This document shows, piece by piece, positions 39,700 through 50,266 of a stretch of DNA of 64,000 nucleotides. Each line of letters begins with the position of its first letter. Within the stretch, counting starts at the first letter, position 1. Source of the stretch: Truepera sp. Lineage in GTDB: Bacteria > Deinococcota > Deinococci > Deinococcales > Trueperaceae. The position numbers and the translations under genes were made by a program. The notes under the pieces are model-generated. The model was not told the DNA's origin, made no database searches, and saw only the letters and a list, made by a program, of their open reading frames with translations. The stretch covers positions 1,280,001-1,344,000 of the forward strand of contig CBDCKW010000009.1 of NCBI GenBank assembly GCA_965218435.1. The letters are read 5' to 3'.

Positions 39700-40524
39700 T
39701 TATCTACGTGGGTCACGCATATCTCGAATCCCATCCCCTAACAAACTCCACCCCAATACCGTAAGCACAATCGCCAACCCTGGCACCAACACCGGATACG
39801 GGCTCAGCTGCAAAAATCCCTGCGCCTCGCGGAGCATATTGCCCCAACTCGGTGTGCGGGGCGGTGTCCCAAGTCCTAAAAATGAGAGCGCGGCTTCAGC
39901 GAGGACGGCGACAGCTAAACTTAAACTCGCCTGCACGATGATGGGGGAGAGGGCGTTCGGCAAGATGTGCCGCGTCAAGACGCGCCGCTGCGACGCGCCG
40001 AGTGCGCGCCCTGCCTCGACGAAATCGCGGTGTTTAAGTTCTAACACCGACGCCCGGAGGAGCCGCGCGAAAACCGGCGCGGTGGCAATGCCGATGGCGC
40101 TCATGGCCGTTAGGGTGCCAGGGGTATAGATTGCGGCGAGCAGCAGTGCGAGCAAGATAGGTGGAAACGCGTAAAGTACGTCAACGAGGCGCATCAAGAG
40201 ATCGTCAACTAAGCCGCCGACAAACCCGGCAAGTGCTCCGACGAGGCAACCGAGTGTCAGGGCGATGCCGACCGCGACGAAGCCGACTTGGAGGGCACCC
40301 CTCGAGCCCACCAATACCCGGCTGAGCAGATCGCGTCCGAGCTGATCGGTACCGAACGGGTGCGCTGCACTCGGCCCGGAGAGCTGCGCCGTAAAATCCA
40401 TCGCGTTGGGGTCTTGCGGTAGCCAAAAAAAGCTTAGCACTGCTGACACGATAACGAGCCCGACCAGCACCGCGCCGATGATGAGGTTCGCGGGTACTCG
40501 TTGATAAGTTATGCTGTCAGTCAT
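39700..40524 (-). CDS. Peptide/nickel ABC permease (DppC-like)
   Basis: HPFGTDQLGRD, EAA loop FVEAGRALGA, EAALSFLGLG. Confidence 0.92.
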   Translation of the reverse strand: MTDSITYQRVPANLIIGAVLVGLVIVSAVLSFFWLPQDPNAMDFTAQLSGPSAAHPFGTDQLGRDLLSRVLVGSRGALQVGFVAVGIALTLGCLVGALAGFVGGLVDDLLMRLVDVLYAFPPILLALLLAAIYTPGTLTAMSAIGIATAPVFARLLRASVLELKHRDFVEAGRALGASQRRVLTRHILPNALSPIIVQASLSLAVAVLAEAALSFLGLGTPPRTPSWGNMLREAQGFLQLSPYPVLVPGLAIVLTVLGWSLLGDGIRDMRDPRR

Positions 40525-41461
40525 AACGAATTCTCGGATCGAGCACGCCGTAGGCCAAATCTACCAAAAAGCTCAAAAGGACGATAATGCTGGCGTAGAC
40601 CAAAACCTCGCCCTGAAGGAGCGGAAAATCTCTGGTTCCAATCGCCGTCAGCGCCAGACGCCCGAGCCCCGGCAGTGAAAAAACCTGTTCAATCACGATT
40701 GCGCCGACTAAAACTTGTGAAAAAGAGAGTCCTAAAACGGTTAAAAGCGTCACAAGCGCGTTTCTCAGACCGTGTTTGAGGACGACCGTGCGCCCCGGTA
40801 AACCTTTGGCTTTGGCGGTGCGAACATAGTCTTGGCTGAGGGTCTCGAGCATCGCCGAGCGCGTCATCCGGGTAATCACAGCGGCCTGACCAAGCCCGAG
40901 CGCGAGCGTCGGCAAGACCAGGCTGCGGAGCGTCCCCACCGGATTTTCTGCCCAAGGTACAAACCCGCCTGACGGGAGCCAACCAAGCCTGACGCTAAAA
41001 AATAAAATGAGCAACAGCCCAAGCCAAAACGACGGCACCGCCGCCCCGAGCTGCGCGGCGCTGACAAAGAGTGGGTCGAGCCAGCTGCCGCGCTTTAAGG
41101 CCGCCCAAATCCCGAGCGGTAACGCAATCACGCAGGCGACGAGCATCCCGGCGAGCGCGAGCGGTAACGACACCCAAAGGCGTTCAGCGATCAGCGCCCG
41201 AACCGGTGTGCGGTAATTGATCGACGCGCCGAAGTCGCCCCGTAAAACGCCGCCGAACCAGCCAAAAAAGCGGGTGACCGGCGGCTCATCCAAGCCGAGT
41301 TGTTGCCGCACCACGGCGAGTGCCTGAGGGCTGGGATTCAGCCCTAAAATAGCGGTGGCCGGGTCACCGGGGATGGCGAGCAGCGCACCAAAAACGAGCA
41401 CCGCCGCTAAAAAGACGCTGAGGCAAGCCAGCAAAAAGCGGCGGAGAACGAAGGCCAGCAT
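40517..41461 (-). CDS. Peptide/nickel ABC permease (DppB-like)
   Basis: PGDPA, GDFGAS, DYVRTAKAKGL, IEQVFSLPGLG. Confidence 0.92.
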   Translation of the reverse strand: MLAFVLRRFLLACLSVFLAAVLVFGALLAIPGDPATAILGLNPSPQALAVVRQQLGLDEPPVTRFFGWFGGVLRGDFGASINYRTPVRALIAERLWVSLPLALAGMLVACVIALPLGIWAALKRGSWLDPLFVSAAQLGAAVPSFWLGLLLILFFSVRLGWLPSGGFVPWAENPVGTLRSLVLPTLALGLGQAAVITRMTRSAMLETLSQDYVRTAKAKGLPGRTVVLKHGLRNALVTLLTVLGLSFSQVLVGAIVIEQVFSLPGLGRLALTAIGTRDFPLLQGEVLVYASIIVLLSFLVDLAYGVLDPRIRYD

Positions 41462-41476
41462 CAGTTCGTCGCTAGG

Positions 41477-42958
41477 TTACTGTGCCAGATACGCTTCGGT
41501 CAGGTCAATGGCAACAATCGGTTGGTCTTGCCAGTAACCGTAAAGGTCGTTACGTGCAGCAACTAGGTACGGCGGAGAAAAGACCCAGACGTTGACGGCG
41601 TCGTCGGCGATGATGCGCTCAATCTCTTTGTAAAGTGACATCTGCTCGGCTTCGTCGCTCGTTTTTTCGATCTGTGCGAGCAAATCCTGCACCCTTTTGC
41701 TGTTGTAGTGGTAGTAATAACCTGGATTGCCGTAGATGCCGATGTCGCGCGGCTCCGAGTGCCCGATGATCGTCATGTCATAGTCGCCCTGCGTAAAGAT
41801 GCGGTCTAACCAAGTCGTCCACTCGACGTTGGTCAGGTTGACCTTGATCCCTACCTCGGAAAGTTGCTGCGCGATGACCTCGCCGGTGCGTTTTTCAAAG
41901 GGATAGGGGGGCAACTCAAAGTTGATCGTAAAGCCGTCTGGATAGCCTGCTTGAGCGAGTAGAGCTTTGGCCTTTTCGGGGTCGTACGGGTACGGGTTCA
42001 GGTCTTCGTAATAGGGCTCAATCGGGCTCGCGTGCGTGCCGATGACGGTGCCGTAACCGAACATCGCACCTTTGACGATGGTCTCTTTATCAACCGCGTG
42101 GGTGATGGCCTGGCGGACGAGCGGATTGTCGAGCGGTTTACGGGTGTTGTTTAAGGCCAAGGTAATTTCAGTGGTGGCCGAGCCTTCGGTGACTTTGATG
42201 TTGGGGTCGCCCTGAAGCTGAATGGCGTTTTCCGGGCTGAGCGCGACGCCGACCATATCAATGTCACCGGCTTGAAGCGCGGCGAGCTGCGCGTTGGTGT
42301 CTTCGATGATGCGGAAGGTCACGGCGTCCAGATACGCGGGTTTGCCGTAATAGTCGGGGTTTTTCTCGAGCCTAACTTCGCTCCCCCGTACCCACTGCGC
42401 AAATTTGAAGGGGCCGGTGCCGACGGGTTCACTCGCTTGGGTCTTCTCCGTACCCGCTTGATAGATAATCGAGTCCGGGCGGGCCAAGTTGTAAAGCAGG
42501 CTCGAGGTCGGCTTGCTCAGCGTCAGCACAACGGTATTGCCCTCAGCTTTGACATTCTTAATCGCTTCGTAATACTCGGGATGCGTATGCCCGGATTCGG
42601 GGTCGGCGGCGCGTTTGAGCGCAGCCACGACATCCGCCGGCGTCAGTGGGTCACCGTTATGAAAGGTTACACCGTCTTGCAACGTAAACGTCCAGGTCAG
42701 CCCGTCGGCTGAAGTCTCCCACTTTGATGCGAGTGCCGGAACGATGTTGCCGCTCCGGTCAATCCGGACGAGCCCCTCATAGACGTTGTGATACATCACG
42801 CGGGCAATCTCTTGCGACGTTGAAACCGTCGGGTCCCAACCGGGGGGTTCGGCGACGATTGAGACGGTGATACTGCCGCCGGGTTGTGGGGTGGGGTCTT
42901 GGGCTGAGCCGACGCCCCAGCCAACCAGTAAAAGTGTCGCTAAGATAAGCCTTTTCAT
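41477..42958 (-). CDS. ABC substrate-binding protein, family 5
   Basis: Signal peptide, VYEGLV, PALA..W..S.DG.TWTF.L..GV.FH.G, GTGPF. Confidence 0.92.
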   Translation of the reverse strand: MKRLILATLLLVGWGVGSAQDPTPQPGGSITVSIVAEPPGWDPTVSTSQEIARVMYHNVYEGLVRIDRSGNIVPALASKWETSADGLTWTFTLQDGVTFHNGDPLTPADVVAALKRAADPESGHTHPEYYEAIKNVKAEGNTVVLTLSKPTSSLLYNLARPDSIIYQAGTEKTQASEPVGTGPFKFAQWVRGSEVRLEKNPDYYGKPAYLDAVTFRIIEDTNAQLAALQAGDIDMVGVALSPENAIQLQGDPNIKVTEGSATTEITLALNNTRKPLDNPLVRQAITHAVDKETIVKGAMFGYGTVIGTHASPIEPYYEDLNPYPYDPEKAKALLAQAGYPDGFTINFELPPYPFEKRTGEVIAQQLSEVGIKVNLTNVEWTTWLDRIFTQGDYDMTIIGHSEPRDIGIYGNPGYYYHYNSKRVQDLLAQIEKTSDEAEQMSLYKEIERIIADDAVNVWVFSPPYLVAARNDLYGYWQDQPIVAIDLTEAYLAQ

Positions 42959-43030
42959 CCTGTCCTCCTCAGATGTTGTTGCGCAGTTTGTCTTAAGGAA
43001 AGTGTAACGCGTTTGCCTACCGACCGGTAC

Positions 43031-44257
43031 TTACCCGGTTAAGAAATAGACGGCAGCCGCCGCGTAAAGCTTAGCTGCCTTGATAATGTCCTCAGCCTCG
43101 ACGTATTCATCTCGCTGATGCGGCACCTCACGCGTTCCCGGCCCGACCGTCACGATGGGGATACCGGCCCACGCTGCTAAAAAAGTCCCGTCGGTCGCAC
43201 CCGGCACCCCGCCGTAACGCGGTTGTGCGTCTAAGACTTTTGGATAACTGCGTTCCAACGCCCGAACAAGCGGATCATCCGGCGGGGTTTGGGTCCACGG
43301 CCTGTCTTCTAACAATGTGAGGGAGATTTCCGCCTTACCTCGAGCCTCTTCCGCTAAGCTTTGCAACGTTTCCCAAAGCTGCTGATGGTCCTGCCCCGGA
43401 ACGGTGCGAACGTCGAGCGCAGCGTAAGCGGTTTCGGGCATGACATTGAGCTGCGCTTCGCCCTGTGCGGGTGCTCGAATGATAGTCGGCGTCAACCACG
43501 GCAGCCCTAAGTATTGATGCGTTCCCAAACGTATCTGTTCGGAGGCTTCCAGTTCACGCACACGGGCTAAGAAGTCTAACAGCGGTGGAATCGGATTGAT
43601 ACCGGCGTAGGGCATCGCGCCGTGTGACATCTTGCCGGTACTGAGAGCTTCAACGCGGAGCGCACCTTTTTGACAGAGGCAGAGCTCGAGTTCCTCCGGT
43701 TCACAGATAATTGCGCCGTCTACCGCGTCGGCCCAACCCTGGCGGATAAAATGTTTGACACCCTGCATCATGCCCTCTTCGTCGGCAACGATCCCCAGTC
43801 GGATTCGCCCCGGCAGGTCGGGGTAGCTACGTTTGACGGCCTCGGCTGCGACGATGGCGGCAACGACGCCCGCTTTCATATCGCACGCGCCGCGCCCGTA
43901 GATGCGTCCGCTCACGAGTTCAGCCGCAAAAGGCGGGTAGCGCCAGCGTTCCGCGTCGCCTTCGGTTACCACGTCGGTGTGACCCTCGAGCATCAGTGTC
44001 TTATGCTTGGCCTCGTCAAACCCCGATCCGCTCCAATCGGCGATCACGTTGGGCCTGCCGGGTGCCGCCTCTTCGACTGTGACCGTGAACCCACCTTCAC
44101 GTAACGTCTCGGCGACAAAGTTCGCGGCCTCGGTTTCATCACTGCCGGTGCTCGGTTCAAAGACGCTGCGAATCTGCACGAGCTTCCGGGTCAGCTTTAC
44201 GGCGCGTTCGCCGTCTACGGCAGCGGCGGCGAGCGCAGCCCACTCTTCCAGCGTCAT
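43031..44257 (-). CDS. M20 metallopeptidase (ArgE/DapE-like)
   Basis: EGHTDVV, GRGACDMKAG, ADEEG, HGAMP, GATDG; ATGA overlap with SDR. Confidence 0.9.
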   Translation of the reverse strand: MTLEEWAALAAAAVDGERAVKLTRKLVQIRSVFEPSTGSDETEAANFVAETLREGGFTVTVEEAAPGRPNVIADWSGSGFDEAKHKTLMLEGHTDVVTEGDAERWRYPPFAAELVSGRIYGRGACDMKAGVVAAIVAAEAVKRSYPDLPGRIRLGIVADEEGMMQGVKHFIRQGWADAVDGAIICEPEELELCLCQKGALRVEALSTGKMSHGAMPYAGINPIPPLLDFLARVRELEASEQIRLGTHQYLGLPWLTPTIIRAPAQGEAQLNVMPETAYAALDVRTVPGQDHQQLWETLQSLAEEARGKAEISLTLLEDRPWTQTPPDDPLVRALERSYPKVLDAQPRYGGVPGATDGTFLAAWAGIPIVTVGPGTREVPHQRDEYVEAEDIIKAAKLYAAAAVYFLTG

Positions 44258-45027
44258 AAGGGCGGCGTAAAACGCCCGTCCTGCGCCGTCCAACCGCCGT
44301 CCACGACGAGCAGCGTCCCGGTGACATATGAGGCGGCGTCACTTGCTAAAAAGATGGTGGCCCCGACCATCTCGCTCGGCGACGCCCAGCGTCCGAGTGC
44401 GCCCTTTTCGGCGTAAGCTCGGTACCATTCAGGATTAGCTTTGATCGGTTCGGTCAGCGGCGTCTCGACGACGCCCGGCGCGACCGCGTTCGCCCGCACG
44501 CCCTGCGGCCCCAGCTCGGCAGCCAAAGTTTTGACGAGTTGAAGCGTCCCGGCTTTGGTCGCGGCGTAAACCCCTTGCCCCGGTTCGACGACCTGCGAGC
44601 GAATCGAAGAAAACAGCACGATGCTCCCGCGTCCTTGCGCGGCCATTCGCCGTCCGGCAACCTGAAGTGCCAAAAAACTGCCTTTGAGGTTGAGCGTCAC
44701 CACCCGTTCAAACTCGGCTTCGGTGTAGTCCAGCAGCGGTTTACGGACGTTGATTGACGGGGTTGAGACCAAAATCTCGAGCGTACCGAGTTCATTTATG
44801 ACCCGCTCCAAGTCCTTCGCATCGGTGATGTCGAGCTTTGCGGCTCGAGCCTCCCCTCCAATCTCTCGAGAGACGCGTTCAGCCGCCTCCAAATTGACAT
44901 CGGCGCAGGTCACCGCCGCACCGAACGCGGCCAATCCTTGCGCGACGGCCTCGCCGATACCCGAACCCGCGCCGATCACGAGCGCCTGTTTGCCGGTGAG
45001 GTCAAAGAGCTTAGCGTAGTCGGTCAT
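44254..45027 (-). CDS. SDR family oxidoreductase
   Basis: GAGSGIG, YAATK, NAVAPG, VDGG. Confidence 0.93.
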   Translation of the reverse strand: MTDYAKLFDLTGKQALVIGAGSGIGEAVAQGLAAFGAAVTCADVNLEAAERVSREIGGEARAAKLDITDAKDLERVINELGTLEILVSTPSINVRKPLLDYTEAEFERVVTLNLKGSFLALQVAGRRMAAQGRGSIVLFSSIRSQVVEPGQGVYAATKAGTLQLVKTLAAELGPQGVRANAVAPGVVETPLTEPIKANPEWYRAYAEKGALGRWASPSEMVGATIFLASDAASYVTGTLLVVDGGWTAQDGRFTPPL

Positions 45028-45152
45028 CCCCGGTTGTATCAGGTGGGTTCACCGTTGCGCAAGTTTTTCGGTCGGGTCTAGGTCATCTAAGTCGGTTTGG
45101 GTCACGCTGCAGAGCCACGGTGGTGTGCGACACTCCGTTAGAGGAGGTCATC

Positions 45153-45380
45153 ATGCCAGGGATATGGAAGGTCTTTGCGCCGCTCGGACTCGCGCTGATT
45201 GGGTTCGGCGTGAGCGTCACCGCGCACGCAGCCGAGTTACGGGTAGCGAAGGCACCGTTTTGGACGTGGTTTTGGCGGGGTACGGTGGGGCTTGTGATCT
45301 TAAACAGCGGGGTCGCATTTTTTGGCGAAGCGGTCAAACGCCAGGTGCTTGACGAATTAGGGCGTACCGGCGGCAAATAA
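45153..45380 (+). CDS. Small two-TM membrane protein
   Basis: RBS GAGGAGG; two hydrophobic segments. Confidence 0.7.
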   Translation: MPGIWKVFAPLGLALIGFGVSVTAHAAELRVAKAPFWTWFWRGTVGLVILNSGVAFFGEAVKRQVLDELGRTGGK

Positions 45381-45395
45381 CAAGGGCAAATAAAA

Positions 45396-45420
45396 CAGCG
45401 CAGGCGGTTTGCCTGCGCTG
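45396..45420. terminator. Bidirectional hairpin between convergent genes
   Basis: CAGCGCAGGC-ggttt-GCCTGCGCTG. Confidence 0.75.
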
Positions 45421-45434
45421 ACCCAAACCCAAAT

Positions 45435-46532
45435 TTAGCGGTGGTGCTTGCCTAAAGTGCGCATCGTCGGGATGCTCTCGAGCAGGTCCTCGAGCGTGGC
45501 GCTGCTGCCGTCGGGGAAACGCACCGTTACGTCGTCGCCGGGAACGCCGTTACCGTTGGCGTCCGAAAGTTTACCCGAGAAGGTCACCGTCCGAGAATCG
45601 TCTCCGTTGACGACCAAAGAACCGCGCAGGTCGGGTTCGTCCGTACCCGAGAAGGTCAGATTGAGCGCAACGCTTTGCGTGTCGCCTTCAAAGCCGCTCA
45701 AGCTCAGAAATAAAGAGCCGTCTTCCGGGACGAAGTTCTCAGCGACGCAGCCCTGCCGGGTTAATTCACCGTTCACCGCAACGTTCCACTCGAGCGTCAG
45801 CGGGCTACCTGTCAAACTCACCTTGCCCTGTGTCGTCACCGAGTCGCCCGCGTCTGATTCGCGGACCTTGTAGCCGACGTTCTCGAGTTGTAACAAGCTG
45901 CCCGTGCCGTTAACGGTTACCGAGGTAGGCTCGAGCGTCGCGTTACCGCAGCCCGTGTAGTAGGTCGTTTCGACGTTCACATCAGCGGTATTCTGACCGT
46001 CCGCCGTCAGCGACATATTGAGACCGGTCGGTACTTCGATAGACTCACCGTAAGCGTCGGCTTGAATGGTCGGGCTCAGCGCGTCCCAGTTAAAAGCGGC
46101 AGTTGCCGACTTGTTATTTCCGTAAGGCCAGGTCAAGCTGAGGTCGTCCGAGTCGCCGGTGCGTACCCACGCACTCCCGTTTTCTGACTCTGTATAGGTA
46201 TAGTCGCCACGCGGCAGGTCGTTTTTGGCGAGTGCCCCGAGCAGCCGATTGGCCCCTTTTGCGCGGTGCTGCGCCGCGCTCACACCGTAGCCAAAAAACG
46301 GATTGGTCATCACACTGTCTTGCGGAAATCCTTGCAGCGCAATCACCCCTTCGTCTTGAGCGGCGCGGTCGAGAACTGCGAGCAGCTGGTCGGACAAGTT
46401 TTGCGCCGTCTGCGTGACGTCTTGCTGGTTAAGCGGGCCGCTGGCGGCGGGGGGCGCAGTGAGGGGTTGGGCGCAGGCGCTGAGTAGGGCGGCGGTGAGC
46501 GCGGCGAGAGCGAGGCGGGTAAGGTGTCTCAT
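45435..46532 (-). CDS. Hypothetical lipoprotein, beta-rich
   Basis: RBS AGGAGG, lipobox LSAC, DANGNG motif near C-terminus. Confidence 0.8.
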   Translation of the reverse strand: MRHLTRLALAALTAALLSACAQPLTAPPAASGPLNQQDVTQTAQNLSDQLLAVLDRAAQDEGVIALQGFPQDSVMTNPFFGYGVSAAQHRAKGANRLLGALAKNDLPRGDYTYTESENGSAWVRTGDSDDLSLTWPYGNNKSATAAFNWDALSPTIQADAYGESIEVPTGLNMSLTADGQNTADVNVETTYYTGCGNATLEPTSVTVNGTGSLLQLENVGYKVRESDAGDSVTTQGKVSLTGSPLTLEWNVAVNGELTRQGCVAENFVPEDGSLFLSLSGFEGDTQSVALNLTFSGTDEPDLRGSLVVNGDDSRTVTFSGKLSDANGNGVPGDDVTVRFPDGSSATLEDLLESIPTMRTLGKHHR

Positions 46533-46767
46533 CGTTCCTCCTATAATTCGTACAGCTGTCCCGGCCTGGTCCGGGCTCTAATTGGGTGAGTCAAGCGTAA
46601 CAAACGCAGTTAACTATAGGGGATGCTGAGGAACAATGGGTTAGAGTTACGTTATTGATGAAGGATTGCTAAATCTTTTGTGGTTTGTGTGAGTGCTTCC
46701 GCATTTTTCCCTATAAAAATCGGCCTGAACCGCGGGTGCGGGGCTCTGAGCTTGTAAACTCGAGCCT

Positions 46768-47481
46768 ATGCCCTCAGACGGTCTCGTTCTCCTCATCCTC
46801 TTTTTCGCTGCCCTCGTTCGTTCAACAGTCGGTTTTGGTGACGCGCTCTTGTCGGTGCCGCTGCTGACGCTGCTCATCGGACTGGATAACGCTGCGCCGC
46901 TCGTGGGTCTGATTTCGGTCTCAACGGCGCTGCTGATGTCGGGGTTGTCGTGGCGCAAAATGGACGTGCGGAGCGTGTTGCCGCTCCTCGCCGCGGCCGT
47001 CGTCGGGATTCCTGTCGGGGTATTTTTCTTGCGGAACGTCGGGGGCGCGTGGCTCATTCATGTGCTGGGCGTGTTTCTTGCGCTCTTCGGCGTCTACCGG
47101 TTGCTGCGTCCCAACGTCCCTGGTATCGCGCATCCGGCGCTCGCGCCCGTGTTGGGCTTTGTAGCCGGGATGTTCGGCGGCGCGTTTAATATCAGCGGGC
47201 CGTTTGCCGTTTTGTACGGCAGCCTGCGGCGCTGGCCGCCCGAGGTTTTTCGGGCGAGTTTGCAGGGTTATTTCATCGTTACCAGCCTGACGATCGCCGC
47301 GTCCCAGGGAATCGCCGGACTCTGGACGACGCGTACCTGGACGCTTTACGCGTTTGCGCTGCCGCTGACGTTTACGGCGATCTTTATCGGCAACGTGCTG
47401 GCGCGGCGGGTGCCGAGTGAGAGGCTCGAGCGATTTATCAGCGTTGCCGTGGTCGTTTTAGGCGTTACCCTCGTTATCTAG
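46768..47481 (+). CDS. Sulfite exporter TauE/SafE family protein
   Basis: GFGDAL..VP, G..GGAFNISGP, FRASL; multi-TM. Confidence 0.88.
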   Translation: MPSDGLVLLILFFAALVRSTVGFGDALLSVPLLTLLIGLDNAAPLVGLISVSTALLMSGLSWRKMDVRSVLPLLAAAVVGIPVGVFFLRNVGGAWLIHVLGVFLALFGVYRLLRPNVPGIAHPALAPVLGFVAGMFGGAFNISGPFAVLYGSLRRWPPEVFRASLQGYFIVTSLTIAASQGIAGLWTTRTWTLYAFALPLTFTAIFIGNVLARRVPSERLERFISVAVVVLGVTLVI

Positions 47482-48567
47482 CTGCCACTCTTTAGCCAAC
47501 ACTGCAAAGACCACATCGTCAGCCCACTCGCCCTTAAACCATAAGTCTTCCTTATGGTGCGCTTCCTGCCGCATCCCGACACGTCTCATGAGCTTAATCG
47601 AAGGTAGATTACGCGGGTCGGTGATGCCCCAGATGCGGTGTAAGCCTATAACGGTAAACGCATGACTAAAAAGTGCGCTAACCGCTTCAGTCGCCAACCC
47701 TTGCCCCTGAGATGTTGGGGAAAAGGTATAACCGATTTCGGCTTGTTGGCCCGCTTCGTCCAGCTTGAAGTAGAGGTCACCGATCAGCTCATCACTACCT
47801 TTTAGCGCAACGCCGAACTGAAACCAGCCTCCTGCTGTAAACGGCTCGGTCACTTTACAGCTGCTGATAAGCTCACGCGACTCTTCAGCGGTGTAGTTTT
47901 CCCAAAGCTGCATCCAAGCGACTTCCGGCAGGTTGCGGTAGGCGACGAGCGTTTCTAGGTCAGCGTTACGCAAGCGGCGGATTTTGAGTCGTTCTGTTTC
48001 AATACCTTGAAAGGTGGTGCGCGTTTGCCCAGCGCTGTAGTCGGATTTCAGCAGACTCATCTGAATAGCACTGTGATACTCGCTTTTCCAGAGCAGCGCG
48101 TCTCTCGAGACCCCCTCCTGCACAAAACCGAGCTTTTTGTAAACGTGCCGCGCCCGTGGGTTAAAGTCAAAAACTTCTAGACTTATGCGGTGCAGGTTTA
48201 GCGTGTCGAACGCGTGTGCCAAAATAAGCCGCGCCGCCTCAGTGCCGTAACCTTTGCCCCGGTTTTCCGTGCCGCTAATCGCAATCCGAAAGTTTGCCGA
48301 CTTATTCGTCCAGTCAATCTCGTTTAAGACCACTTCACCCCGGTAACGCGGGTCGTCCGGCAGGGTGATGGCATAGTCCAAACGGTCGTCGGCATTGGTC
48401 ATACGCGCACAAAACGCCTGGACTTGCTCTAAGGTAAAGGTTTGCTGGGTGCCGGTCAGTCTCATGGATTCTTCGTCGCTGAGGCCCGCGAACATCGCGT
48501 CGGCGTCGCTTTCGGTGATAGGCCGCAGGGTGATGATGCCGCTTTTTAGGATGGGCTTGTTGAGCAC
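47458..48567 (-). CDS. Tandem RimJ/RimL-type GNAT acetyltransferase (two domains)
   Basis: RGKGYGTEA and QGQGLATEA motif A in each half. Confidence 0.9.
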   Translation of the reverse strand: MLNKPILKSGIITLRPITESDADAMFAGLSDEESMRLTGTQQTFTLEQVQAFCARMTNADDRLDYAITLPDDPRYRGEVVLNEIDWTNKSANFRIAISGTENRGKGYGTEAARLILAHAFDTLNLHRISLEVFDFNPRARHVYKKLGFVQEGVSRDALLWKSEYHSAIQMSLLKSDYSAGQTRTTFQGIETERLKIRRLRNADLETLVAYRNLPEVAWMQLWENYTAEESRELISSCKVTEPFTAGGWFQFGVALKGSDELIGDLYFKLDEAGQQAEIGYTFSPTSQGQGLATEAVSALFSHAFTVIGLHRIWGITDPRNLPSIKLMRRVGMRQEAHHKEDLWFKGEWADDVVFAVLAKEWQLDNEGNA

Positions 48568-48686
48568 AATATTCCTCTTTTTCTTTTAAGAGAGACTCGA
48601 GCGCCTTATCAGCTTCGCTTAGTCGTTTCGGTCGTCGCTCTGCCCGTGTATAGCTTAACAGCTTAGAAACGAGATCAGCTCGACTC

Positions 48687-49475
48687 TTACGTTTCTGGCT
48701 TAGCCTTATGGTAATTGAGTTGTGTCCCTACCCGCTTAAAGCCGAGTCTCTGATAAAGCTGCTCAGCACCCGCAGCGGCGGAAAGCCAGCACAGCTCAAA
48801 CCCGGCGGTGAAGTGATCGGTGAGCAGCCGCTGGCAGAGCGTAAAAGCCAGCCCCTGCCCTTGTAGGTTGGGCGAGGTCCACACCCCGGCTAATTCACCG
48901 ACCTTACCGCCTACCTGAATCATCGCACCAGAGACGAAAGTACGGTTTTGCTCAAGTCCTGCTGCCATTACCACGCCGCTTTTGAGCCCACCGATAAGTT
49001 GAGGCAGCCAAGCGAGTGCGCCCTCGTCGTCCGCGCCGCCTACACCGCCATACGCGACGTTTTGCCGTTCGAGAAACTCCCGTAACCGTTCTGGCTCGTC
49101 AGCTTGTAAACCTCGGTAGGTTCCGTGAGTCTCGGGAGGTGGTCCAGCTAACGCGTCTTGCGTTAAGGTCATGACGGGCGCGGCACTGTCCTGCTCGAAG
49201 CCTGCAGCTTCTAACGCAGCTGCTAGCGAAGGGTGAAGCTCATGAATATATTCTAGGCGTACGCTACGGCCCCGCTCAGCGAAGACGTCAGTAAGTGCAT
49301 AAACTGCAGTTGACCAATCCGAAACGTCGGTGTAGGGCGTAGCAAAGCTCAGAGTTGGGTTTTTAGACGCTGAAATAAACGCTTCGAACGGGCCAACTTT
49401 AAGCTTCTCGCGGCCCTGAGCACCGACGAGTCTCAGGCTCGTCTCGAGTTTTATAAGTTCTTGAAAGTTATCCAA
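48687..49475 (-). CDS. GNAT acetyltransferase
   Basis: VWTSPNLQGQGLA, LYQRLGF; start taken at TTG 49475 after GAGGA. Confidence 0.8.
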   Translation of the reverse strand: MDNFQELIKLETSLRLVGAQGREKLKVGPFEAFISASKNPTLSFATPYTDVSDWSTAVYALTDVFAERGRSVRLEYIHELHPSLAAALEAAGFEQDSAAPVMTLTQDALAGPPPETHGTYRGLQADEPERLREFLERQNVAYGGVGGADDEGALAWLPQLIGGLKSGVVMAAGLEQNRTFVSGAMIQVGGKVGELAGVWTSPNLQGQGLAFTLCQRLLTDHFTAGFELCWLSAAAGAEQLYQRLGFKRVGTQLNYHKAKPET

Positions 49476-49507
49476 AATATCCTCAGGCGGCTTTCTCGAG
49501 TAGCACA

Positions 49508-50257
49508 CTAGCCCCAGGTACGTCTATAGTCTTGTAAATCGGTCTCGAGCTCAGTGACAATACCGCCCTTTTCAAATGAGGCAAAAGGTTCTATACCCTG
49601 AACTGCCAGCTCGAGTATGTCGTCTATGACCATCTGCAAGTAGGTAGGAACGTGCTCGAGCACTTCCTGCATGGACACGCCGTAAGCTTGGCAGAAGGCG
49701 CTGAGCCTAGCTGTGCGTACGCTTTTAGAGACCTCACCTGACGTGTCTTTGAGGCGGTTGTGAAGAGGGACGGCCTCGAGTGCCAATTCTGCCACATCAT
49801 CGAGCGGATGACCGTAGCGCGCTGAATCCCAGTCAATCACGCCCGAAAGCCGCCCACCTTGCTGCAAACAGTTCCACGGCCCCAAGTCACCGTGACAGAT
49901 GAGCATTTCCGGCGTAGGTTCAGTTGGCCCCCAGAGGAAGGTGCCTCGTATCCGAAACCCACGCACGGCGTCATGATAGGTTTGCAGCCACGCGCCCAGC
50001 TCGGTCACCCACACCTCAGTAAGGACAGCAGCGGGCCAAGGGCGAAAGACGGCTTCACCGGGGAGAAAGCTCAGGTACTCGTACCTTTCGTCACTGCCCT
50101 GCAACCGCGGCGTAAGCGGAACCTCGAGCCGCCCCAAATACCCCAACAGTTCATGTACTGCCGGACTCGCCGCGCTCAACTGCCGCCTGACTACCTCACC
50201 GCGCTGCGAGGCCGTGTTGACGTTGCCCCCTGCCAGGGGTGTCTAGTCATCTTTCAT
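49508..50257 (-). pseudogene. Aminoglycoside phosphotransferase/TfxG-like kinase, disrupted near 5' end
   Basis: CHGDLGPWN and IDWD motifs; family-like N-terminus PLAGGNVN..VVRR lies upstream of the called start but after an in-frame TAG at 50243-50245. Confidence 0.75.
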
Positions 50258-50266
50258 CCTTCAGCA

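Noticed and set aside
48590..48686. MITE-like element with TCGAGC/GCTCGA ends
   Set aside because: Very short inverted ends built on the abundant TCGAG motif; no second copy or target duplication seen
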